Source: Lepidodermella squamata (lineage: Eukaryota > Animalia > Gastrotricha). Taken from it: 64,000 nucleotides of DNA. Positions within the stretch are counted from its first letter, which is position 1. The number at the start of each line of letters is the position of its first letter. A program made the position numbers and the translations under genes. Where the stretch lies: positions 3,038,001 through 3,102,000 of the forward strand of contig JBLDXI010000019.1 in assembly GCA_047495785.1 (NCBI GenBank), read 5' to 3'. This document shows positions 49,175 through 59,830 of this stretch, in pieces. Below the pieces are notes generated by a model. That model ran no database searches and was not told the DNA's origin. It saw only the letters and a list, made by a program, of their open reading frames with translations.

Positions 49175-51254
49175 TCATTTTGATTCAACTCGACAACAGA
49201 CTTTGTAATTTATTCCCCTGCAAGGGAAGAGACATGATCTAATTTCTTCAAATATTCACTCCGATTCATTTTAATTGCTTCCATCTTATTAATCATAAAT
49301 TCTTATAAAAAAACCATTCTCATTGGTGGTTGGCAAAATATAATATCTGTTGAAATCTGTTATGCAAAACTATAAAATCGTTCTACCACGGCAATAAATA
49401 ATGCAGTTACTATTTCTAACACGCTAAACTTGTTTTTTGAAAGATTAAGATCAAGGAGAGAGCAATAAAGCTTGTAAAGGTGTAGCACAGCTGCGACCAC
49501 TGGAAGTACAGGGTGTAAGGATGTGCTGGCCGGCATCGCGCCATCGAACTAACTAGCTTGTGTGATAATTGTGTGATAATCAATTAGGCAGTGCGATGTT
49601 CGCATTAGTTATTTCTCTATGATATTTAAGGCCATGAATGGCAGATCCTCAATGTTCGATTCGTTCTCAACTCTCAACAAAGTAGTAAAGAGTAGTGCCT
49701 GGCCAAGTCTTCACATTTCCCAGACACAGGGTGAGCCGCCATGGGTGACCACACCTGCGAAATTGCAGCACGAAGTAAATATCGCGACTTCCGCACTAGA
49801 ACAGTGTGCCGGAATAAAAACAAAAGGCGTAAAACTAACTTTTTGCATCTTCGCCAAGTCAGTCGCGTGCCTGATCGCTAGAAAAAAATTTGAACGCCAG
49901 TTTTTTCTGCGCAAGTCGCGATATTTAATACACGCGATATTTCACAGAATTTGATTCCGAATGGCAAATTCGACTCTAACTCGAACAGGATGCCTCCAAA
50001 ACACCGTCATTGGCATTTCTCACCGTTAAAGGGCTGATAAAAATTGGGCCGCCATTGGGTGCTTTGCTGCATCGGCCATGCCGACGATACCGAGATCATT
50101 CACGGGCATCTGGGTTCCTCACAACAATGAAGCGTTGCTACTGCGATGGTGAAGCAGGAATTAGAAGTGGCATTTTCCGCGCGGTACCACACGTTCAACA
50201 GCCGACACTTTTAGAGCCTTAGAGCCAGGATGAGCTAGCGATTATTCAAGCGCTTCGGCAAAATTTTCTTGGTTCCCATTAGACTCGAGGGTAGTTTCGG
50301 CTCTAATTACTGAAATTCTCGTTACCTCTCGTTACCATGAGTACAAGTGCGTCAAGCAAATTGCCAATTCTTGTAACCTCACGCCGTGAATCGACTGCGG
50401 TACCCTCACGTTTGACAGCAACATTATGTTTCCGCTGTTTCGGGTCAAAGTCTATCGTCACCGCACTTGGTGACTTGGTCGCTTTGTCGCCTGTCGGCTG
50501 AGTCGAAAGGCCAAAAAAAGTTTCATAGTCAGTCATTCATAGAACAATAGTAACAGGCGTCGAAGCGGACAAGTGGCTAAGTGCAACCGATTTTTTGGGA
50601 TTTTGTGCGACCGTGCGGCGCTGTGCGCGACGCTAGTCCAGCGATACCGGCCGCTCAAAGTCTGGGAAAAGTTTCTTATTCCCATTTGCACGGAATGATA
50701 GACGACGATACGCCCTCGTACAATCCTTGTTACGAGTAGCGATGACAGTAGGCTGAAAATCCTGAGAGTGTGTTTAAATATTCGATATTTTCGATATTTT
50801 CGATATTTTCTCGATACAAAGACAACACGCAAATATATTCAGGACAGAGAAACTTGTTTTTTTAGTTAATTTAATTACTTAGGATTGGACGAATTCTTAT
50901 TTTCATAGTGTCTATCATGTCACTCAAAGTAAAAAGTCAGACATATCATTTAAATTTCGAGCAGTGAGAAGGCTATCAAAGTAACAAAATTTATATCATT
51001 CCTGGACATTTGAACGTTTGCGACAACTTAGTTTATTAATTAGCTTATGAAGGAAGTATGACAGGCTTCTCGGGAATTAGGCGACAGGATATCTAAAGAA
51101 CAAGACCGAAGAACACTTCTAACAGCAAATTAGATACGTTCCATCTGTTTCAAGTCGGAAAATTCGCAGAAACGCAAAGACATAACAGTAGCGAGGTTCA
51201 AGTTAATAAAACTATAAGAGGCTGGATGTAAACGTATTTTCGGCATGTTGCGCC

Positions 51255-51623
51255 ATGAAGTTAAGGCTGAGCTTCATAATCTTGAGTATTTTTATAATGA
51301 GCGTACCTTCCGTTACTTCCAGCTCTCCATCCAACTTGGCTCTCGAGAAGCGACTCCATGCTGTTAGTAAGTAAGCAAATAGTCTCGCTCTATGCTGTCA
51401 CATCTCTTCCCAATGCTGTCTAGGGAATCGCGTGAGTAAGCTGATGGAAATAGGCGATTCAAACAATCTCAATGTATTGATCAAAGCCTTCCATCGCAGC
51501 ATATTGCGCAGGCGGATGAAGAAATGCGTAACTCAACTCGGCTCTTATGCTGTTTGCAATCACACAGTTGGATTTTACTTGTGGGCCCAAATGCTGGCTC
51601 GAGATATCATGGCTGGAAACTGA
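51255..51623 (+). CDS. Small secreted C-x9-C family protein Q, exons 51255-51366, 51424-51623
   Basis: TATAAG at 51213; MKLRLSFIILSIFIMSVPSVTS; intron GTAAGT..GTCTAG; RRRMKKCVTQLGSYAVCNHTVGFYLWAQMLARDIMAGN*. Confidence 0.9.
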
Positions 51624-52614
51624 ATTTGGATCATTTAACAAAGAAATTCTTTGATTACGATGATTGATAATAGAACTTCTATCCATTGTTTTTTGTTGGC
51701 TACGATAATTATCCCTATGTCTTAGTGTTTCACGCTATTTCAATTCTCTGACTGAAGTGCAGCGATTCTTGACTGGGTAAACAATGCTCTGATGATGCCC
51801 GCTAGAGGCTGATTTCACTTAACTCAAAGTGATTCGTCTACTCTTTCGCGGCACGAATACTTACCTGAATTACCGGAAAACCTAAGTGTGACGTGTGACA
51901 CTCGCAAAGCAAATGTCTTGAAACGTGAAATGAAACAGCCGGAAGAAGGGGTTTTCGGAATAACCGAAAAGCTCCATCCCAAAGCTCTTGCCACCCTGAT
52001 ATTGTTTTCCTGATCTCTAAGACACATCCCCAGCCTGCATGGAATTACCACTGTCGGCCTGCCGCCTTTGACAATTGACGGGGAACTCCGTGACTTTCTC
52101 GAACACGTGGTAACGTGTGACCTTGAACATGCCCAACCTAAGACCTAATTATAACTTGTTCGTGCACATCCTTGACTTGCTGCCCATCTTTGCGCGTAAC
52201 CATGTAGCGCGTCACCCACGCGCGACGACGGCGACGACGGGATGGAGTTGATCATTCATTTGAGATTCATTCGGTAACCGCCACCTACGCTAGGCATAGG
52301 GTCCATATCACGAATCTCGAGCTAATATTTCAGCTCTATTTCAATTGTTTGTTTTATTTATCGGATCAATCCTCACCAAAGATCTTTACAAGACAACATT
52401 TGGCTATCGATAGAGAACCTTATCCGTTGAATTCACGAAGCGCACCTTCAAAAAATTAATTGCGATTAAGAGTTAAGCCTCGCAGAATTTGTTTTCGTGT
52501 CGTTGCTTATTAGTGATTAGGTTAATAATTACAAAGCTTTCACTGTCAATTATCAGAAATTATGATATTCGTCAATCAAAAAATGTTCCACTTGAACGTC
52601 ACTCGCTTGTCCGA

Positions 52615-55600
52615 TTAGAAATTGAGACCATTGGGCTGCATATTAGAAGTTATAGGCGGCAGCTTATGCTGTCCAGCTGCGAACGCTGGCTGTAGACCCC
52701 TTGGGCCCACTTGCAAATTATTGATCATAGCATTAGTGAACGTTTTTTCAAAGTAGGGATTGCCTTTGTCCCAGTGTCTTAATGACGCACCGACAGGTGT
52801 TGACGGCCTCCGCGGATCCATCATGGGCCCCTGATTCACTTTATTCGTGGCATCATTTTTCTTACACAGGCAGTAAGAGATAGCGCCAATGATTACTATA
52901 GCAGCTACACCGCCAACTACCCCGCCAATTATAGCCCCCAAGTTTGTGTTCGGGCTAGCTTCGGACGTTGAATTACTATTACTAGCCTTACTGGAGAGGG
53001 CAGCAGCATCTTCACTGCTGCACGGATTGACGGTGGGCAAACACGTCGAGAACTCAAATGCGCTACCAATTTCAGCAAGCATCATCGACTGGAAATTTGC
53101 ATCACTCATTGCTGATTGAAAATCCGTTTGTCCGATCGAGGCTGGATCGCTCGCCGCCCTTCTGCGCCGTTTCGCACTCATCGACCCACCGGCCTCGCAA
53201 AATTTCTTGGTCGCCGTGGTGCTGATGGTGTATGTTATGCGGAAACAGCATCCATTTTCTTTTTTCGACGTATTTGCGTAGTTCGAATCGACAATATCAT
53301 CAGCTTTGCAATAGTCCGTGTTAGGCACTTGCTTCTTCGTGTAACCAGGGCAACATTTCGTGTAGTTCGCACTACAGACTGAATTAAGCTTCTTCGCCAC
53401 ATTGTTTTTGATCGATCGACGAATCTTGAGGTATTCATCGATTTTCGGCACAGGTTTGACAAGCAAATCGACGCCTTTCTGTTGCTCATCGCTTGAACTT
53501 TGACAACGCGACGGGTTGGCGCATTGTTGGTACTCCTTTGATCCGTCAGCTTTCAGCCGCCATTGCATTCCCAAGCTACATGACGATGAGCAAGTCGACC
53601 ATGCTGTGCTCGACAACCCGCTTGCTGGTGGGATCCAATATGTGAGATATCGATCTCCTTCACCTAAGGTATCGGCCGAGATTGAACTCAAGCTTCCGAT
53701 AGATTGTAGAATAGTGCTATTCGTCGCTTGAATGGTAGTTGTAGTTCCAGGATTCTGAGTCGAAGAACTTGAAGCGGCGATAGATGATTGAAAAATGGTT
53801 GAAGTAGCTACAGCTTTTGATTGTGTTGGAGCTGCTGATGAGCTTGACACGATAGCTGCGGTCGACTCTCTAGTTGAACTCGATCCGGAACTCGCGGTTG
53901 AAGTTGGTGCAATAGTTGAGGTCGCCGCACTCGATGGCTTGGTTGTCGATCCGGTAGTCGAGCTTGATGAACCCGATGTGGTAACTGTTCGTGCAGTGGA
54001 AGCAGTTGAGGTCGGCAAGCTTGATGTCGTGAAGGCAGTTGAAATGGTAGTACTAATAGCAGCTGTCGATGTTGTTGATGACGAACTTGGGGCCTTAGTG
54101 GATGTAGTAGTCGAGTCTGTAGGAGCAGTAGTTGTTGTAGGTGAAATAGTTGATGAAGAAGACACTGTCGGAGACGTCAATGGATAACTCAGGCCCCAGT
54201 AGAACATATCCTTCACAAACGTGTAGCCTATTTCAAACAAATGTTCAGCATATAGCTGAATAGGATAGCTGAAGCATCATACCAGCACTCCCAATGGCCC
54301 CTGCGAAGCGAAATGTTGCCTGCCCTGTGACAGAAGTGTCGCCCATACCTTGCAGATAGAAATTACTAAAACATGTGGATGCTGTCATAAGGCAGCTGCC
54401 AACAATCGGTGTCATTGATACCTACATTGCAAATTTCGATTTTAATTAATTAATTAACGAGTTTAGTCTCACAGTCAACGAATCATCGATCAATTGAGCA
54501 GTGAATCGAACCATCAAGTTGCCTGATGCCGTGAACAGACTGCTGCAACCCGTAAAAGCGGGAGCCGATGGGTCTGGCAGAGTTCCACTCCCAGCCGTCA
54601 TCAAATACAACTTCCCGTTAGGTTTCAATTCTTGCCACAGAGAGAACCCGCCACTATAAACGTCTGAGTAAGTTACTGACTTGTCACTGTTTGTGCTAAT
54701 GGCTGGTTAATAAAATTCGATATGAATATAATATGTCAGTAACTGGGCCTGAGCTCACAATAAATCGGGTAAATCGTTGCCATCATAACTACGAACCAAC
54801 CAGGATAAGCTGAACTTCCTTTATATATGAAGTACAAGTCGCTTTCGATTCGCCATTGTCTAGTTTTGAGTATCTGGGAAGAATGATGATTAATTATATG
54901 GCTTCGCCTCTTAGAACTCATCGAAAAAACATACTCCGACTTCGATTCGACCAACTACAGTGTCATTTAGCGGGCTATTCATCTGATATCCATATTCTTT
55001 AAGTTCAACTTGGGAAGTAGAAAACACCGAAGCTCCGGCCGATATTGTTCGGCCTATGCTATCAAAAGATGCTTGAGAATAATAGCCTGTTGTGATCCCA
55101 GATAGGGAGATTGAATTTCCATCCGGCTCTGGGTAAAGTTTTCTTGTAACTGGGAAAGAAGAACAGGAATTATCGCGAACTTGATGATAACGTAATGAGG
55201 CTCAAAATTCTCACTGTTTGAACCAGTGCAAGATGGGAGCTTTGTCGTTGGCGGTATCGCGGTGGCCGAGCTTGCAGCCAGTTGCCAGAAGCTGTACTTT
55301 GCTAATCTGAAACTTGCTACAAGGAAGCTGAATGTTTGCATCAGATTGAAAATATAATTTACCGAAATCCAAGTTGTGAGCCACAAAGCGAGGTTTAGCA
55401 ACGCCGCTTGATATTATATTCTTGGCTCCAGTTGCAGTTGCGTAGGAGAAGCAAACTGATGCTGGCGTAGTTCCATCTACGGGAAGCGAAGCTATAGCGA
55501 CCTGAAATGAAACCAACGTAGCAAATGGTTTGAAATCTTTAAATAAATCAGGGCTAGAATTAGATCAGCGCTCATCAAACGAAGAGTCGTGAGTCGCGCT

Positions 55601-56537
55601 AACCCCCGAGTGTCAAACAATATCGACTGAAAATCGGCCAGTGTGGCTAGCACCGTATTATTCTCAGAATTAGCTATTTCGGTTTCTTAGCCTTCAGTCT
55701 TCGCTTTTCTAAAAATACCTCAAACAACAGTTGGGATGGTAACTAACCGTGACTTGATCGTTGCTCAGTTGAATAAACAAGCGGAAAGCCGTTGATCCCG
55801 AAGTTGTAGGGAACACGTTATTAGCCCCACATCCCGTGGTCGAAACTGCAACAAACGGACCCAGAGGGATATCGCCAACAGCAGCTGTAGTAGACATCGA
55901 AGCGTAGACGCGACCCCCGAAACCAAGCTCCATCCATATCGCTAGTCCCGTTATACCAGTCGCCGCAATTTGCCGTCCTCGGTTCGTGGAACCTGTGAGC
56001 AAAGCAACATTCATCCAAAAACAAGATCACACTCATTGAAATGTACTTGGTTCCCATCCAGATGATGTTGAGGAGAAGGTTACGCCAAACATGGCATAAT
56101 TAGCTGAATTGTATTGATATTCCGTGTGGACATCAACCTCAGCGCGCCAGTTGGACGTTCCAAGTGGGTAACTCTGAAATAGTCGAATCGTAACACAAGT
56201 CAATCCACCATAATGGAAAAATCTCACGTTGGCATGAGACAGCCGTCCGAAATATCGCGTTTGATTCGTAAAGTCAATGTACGAATCGTTATGAAATCCG
56301 ATTTCATACGTACTGAATGTAGTATTGCTTGAACTTGCCGCCGTGAACGAAACACTTGGCTGAAACGTTGGCGTTCCAGCAAAAAGATATGGCAAGGGCA
56401 GGGATGCTGTGTCGGGATCTTGGGTCGAAGCTAGAATCAAACCGGGATTTTCCCGTTTCTTGATTAGTTATTCTGTTTTCTTTTGAAGACTTACCAAGTG
56501 CTAGGGAAGTAGCCAGAAAAGTTACCTCTAAAAACAT
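52615..56537 (-). CDS. Multi-exon type I membrane glycoprotein: unidentified ectodomain, Ser/Thr mucin stalk, TSP1-like motif, furin site, TM, short tail
   Basis: Signal exon MFLEVTFLATSLAL|GTAAGT; ORFs 56033-56440, 55709-56014, 55211-55516, 54446-54628 bounded by splice sites; WSTCSSSCSLGMQWR; KRRRR; GAIIGGVVGGVAAIVIIGAISYCLC. Middle exons not fully resolved. Confidence 0.75.
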
Positions 56538-57419
56538 TGTGCTTCGATGATTGGAAATTGTCTTCAACAAGCGCGGTTAAATGCAGCCTGTTGTGATTAA
56601 TAATGGAAAATATTTTTATATATTCATCAACCGCGAGAACGCGGTTAAAAGGCTTTTAGAAGAGTTCGAGTGGGAGTAGAATTCCCGATAGTATTCACTC
56701 TTTTCGGACCCAAAATGATAGCGCACTTACTATGGAAGCATAACAAACTCACACTAAACAAATCCGAATTCCCATATGTGACTTAAAAAACCAGCAGCCC
56801 TCGGCTAAAAAATGATCCATGGTCTAGGCGACAGAATTTGTAATAGTTCGGAGGGCAACAATTAGGGCAAAATCAATATTACAAACCGCAGCAGATGGTG
56901 ATCGATTTCAGGCCGTCTAAATTGAATGCCACGAAATTATCAGCTTTTTCAGGGCTTCAGGCTTTGAACTTATTTTCGTAATTAGTTGACGAAATCGAAT
57001 ACGAATAGTAAATTGCAAATTTCTCACCTAATTTAAATTTAAATTTTTCTTTTAAACCTCCGGATATTTTAAAGATTTATAAAGATCTCTGTCCGGGTTT
57101 AGCAAATGAAAATAAATAGGATTGATAATATCGAACTTCAGGTGAAGATGAACTCATCGCGGTTAAGTTTTCTGCTTTAGCATTACTAACGAGCTAGAAG
57201 CTAGAATAACGGAAGCAGTGCTGATTTCTGATAACGATTTCCTCAACAATTTGATCCTTATGTCTTGCCAACAATCAATTTATTTCGAATTTGGTTAATC
57301 ATTCAAATCTGACAGCTGCAATATCTATCATCACTTCAATCATAAGACATTGTTTGGTTAATTAGTTTCATTTATTCCGAAAACATGGCTACAAATCATT
57401 AGTATGTTCAGTCATGGTT

Positions 57420-58571
57420 TCACTTGGCGAAGACTCGGCGTGCCCTGTAGTACTTCTTGCAGGAATTGCTAGTCTCTTCTTGGTAGCAGCAAGCATACCA
57501 CGAAACCTCATCCTCGAAGTAATGTTCGCGCTCGCTCATGAAAGTGCTGTAATGCTGAGCCGATCCAGCACCTTGCTGCCAGTCGGTAACCAAAATGCCA
57601 TTGCTGTCGTAGTAGCACTCTTGGCCAGATTGTACGTGATAGCCTTGAGGAGCCGAAGTTTCAAAGCAGGAATAAGTCCTCTGGCTAGAAAGGGTAGCTC
57701 GAGAGAACGTGGTGGCATAAAGCTTCTCGTTTTTACGCATGAAGATTTTACCGTCGATCGAAGCCACGTTAGCACTGCAGCTGACAGGCGCATTGATCCA
57801 AGGGGTCCATTGGAACCAGGCCTGGCAAACGCCCTCCTTGAACCTGCCCAAGCTGTTGCTGTACAAATGCAGAGCTGGGACGAAGGGTGAGAAAACGGCA
57901 GCTTGGTCCTCAAAGGCGTGCACCAAGCCGTTGCGCAACTTCCACGGCTTGATAGAAAGAGCTACGTATGAGCTGGCTAACATAGGATCCTTGATGCCAA
58001 TGGAAGCAAGGCTTGGCATTTGGATACTGTGGACCATGCTGGGACTGTAGGGTATGCCTGATGCAATTAGGACACGTTCTTCGAAAAGGCGAGTCTGAGG
58101 ATCAAACCAGACAAGGGAGATATTGACGAGCGACAGTTCGTTCGTCAGAGCGATCGGTGTTAGATCTCCGCTCGTGATATCGATTGTAGATCCTGGGACG
58201 ATATTTACAATCTCAGCAGCAGGCTGAGATGGGATGATAGTTACGGGTTCTGCCGGCAGGCCGACTCTGTTGCCGTCAGTCTTTATCAAGGTGACTTCGA
58301 CTGTCGTTGGCCCCAAGTTGTCAAGGAAGGGCGGGTAACAGATAGCTCGAGGTACGCCGAACAGAGGCGCATCAATGAGGCCAGTGAAAGTCTTCCCGTC
58401 CAGTTTACATTCAATTGTATCCGAGCAATCTTTGATACAATCGCCTGTGAAAACCAGAGGTTCATGGCCCATTATAGATACCTGCGTTGCTTCGCTTTTG
58501 AAGTTGCCGCAAGCATCCGAGAATGCAGACCCGAGAATAAGAAGGCTAGCTACAATTGTAAGCTTTATCAT
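57420..58571 (-). CDS. Intronless secreted IPT/TIG + AMOP-domain protein (SUSD2/Mesh-like fragment)
   Basis: Signal MIKLTIVASLLILGSAFSDA; CKLDG..AICYPP..GP; AMOP-like SGQECYYDSNGIL..GAGSA..HYFEDEVSWYACC..CKKYYRAR; no TM. Confidence 0.8.
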   Translation of the reverse strand: MIKLTIVASLLILGSAFSDACGNFKSEATQVSIMGHEPLVFTGDCIKDCSDTIECKLDGKTFTGLIDAPLFGVPRAICYPPFLDNLGPTTVEVTLIKTDGNRVGLPAEPVTIIPSQPAAEIVNIVPGSTIDITSGDLTPIALTNELSLVNISLVWFDPQTRLFEERVLIASGIPYSPSMVHSIQMPSLASIGIKDPMLASSYVALSIKPWKLRNGLVHAFEDQAAVFSPFVPALHLYSNSLGRFKEGVCQAWFQWTPWINAPVSCSANVASIDGKIFMRKNEKLYATTFSRATLSSQRTYSCFETSAPQGYHVQSGQECYYDSNGILVTDWQQGAGSAQHYSTFMSEREHYFEDEVSWYACCYQEETSNSCKKYYRARRVFAK

Positions 58572-59331
58572 TATTAGACTTGTAATAGCAGAGGAGAATG
58601 ATGGTAGCAAATGATGTTTTCTGAGCAATTATATACCCATTTTATCCGCGCTACGGCCTTCGGCGAATTCCGGTGTGCAAAAAATGAGCGATGTCACACC
58701 CAAAATACTTGTAAATCTGCGTAATAACGAGATAAGAAACTGGTTACACCCTTTCCGCCGTTGAGTTACCATAAAAGCGATAAAAGCCTTTATAAGAAAT
58801 ACGAGATAGTAGCGAGAAATGTAAACTAAAGTTTGATGGCCTGCCGCTACCTATTAGCAAACGAATGACGAAGGTTGATGAGAAATCTTCAAGTCGGTAG
58901 ATAACGAATTACGGGAATTTCTTCGTTCTTTTATCAGCAGGTAATTATTCTTCATCCGGAATTCGCCAAACACTGTGAAACGTTGCCGACAACTCAACTT
59001 ATACACATTATTCACCTGAAATTGTAAAATAAAGCTAAACTCATATTCACATTTCATTCGCAAGTCAACATATAGCGATTAGATAACATCATCACAAGTG
59101 AGGCATACGTTTCATATACATATCCGTGAGTCGGCTATTGCAGATGTAGATGTAGCACCTATATCGTACTGGATGTAACACTTACCTACGTCAAAATGGG
59201 CTCACAAAAAGCCGACCCTATACAGTTATGTAGTTGCTCATTTGCGAGGCAAACTTCGCCTCAAAATCCACACCTGTAGTCTCTATCCTTCACTGGTACT
59301 AACAAGAATGTGATTCCGTAACTCGAATTAA

Positions 59332-59760
59332 CAATTCAACTGCCAAAAATGAACTGCGGGGTCAGATATTTGGTTCCTAATCATGAGTCTGTCAACATTT
59401 CTTTTATTTCGGGTCAACGATGCGTCGTAGGGCAAAATTTAGGGCAAAAGACAACAAGGAACGCACATAAAACAGTGAAGTTTCGATTGTTGCGAAGAAA
59501 TCTGGGTCGAAAAATTAGGTCTAAATCTTGGGTATGATTTTTGACTTTATTTCGACCAAAGCCAAGATTTCGACTTTATTTAACAGTCATTTTCAAAGAC
59601 CTGCTCAGACCTGGTGGCCCTAAATTGTGTGTCAACAGATCCGCCGGGTCATGGCCTACATTTTGCCCTAATACGACGTATCGTTGACCCGAAATAAAAC
59701 AGACTCAGGATTTTGATCCAAATATCGAAACCTCGCAGTTCATTTTTGGCAGTCAAAGTG
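59332..59760. mobile_element. piggyBac-type MITE
   Basis: TTAA at both ends; inverted ACTGCCAAAAATGAACTGCG and TTTATTTCGGGTCAACGAT. Confidence 0.8.
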
Positions 59761-59830
59761 TTAACGCTAGTAAAATTGATATCACCCTATTTTAGTAGAG
59801 GGGAACGGGACCCGAAATAACCATCGATAA

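Noticed and set aside
48128-49208. Long ORFs in three other frames over the 30-bp array (VVFFATLGLL, HAWPPGSF, KKTTRRPS)
   Set aside because: Shadow frames; nucleotide variation is synonymous only in the GEENYQEAKR frame, which also has the signal exon
53795-54187. Val/Ala/Glu-rich plus-strand ORF
   Set aside because: Antisense shadow of the Ser/Thr mucin stalk
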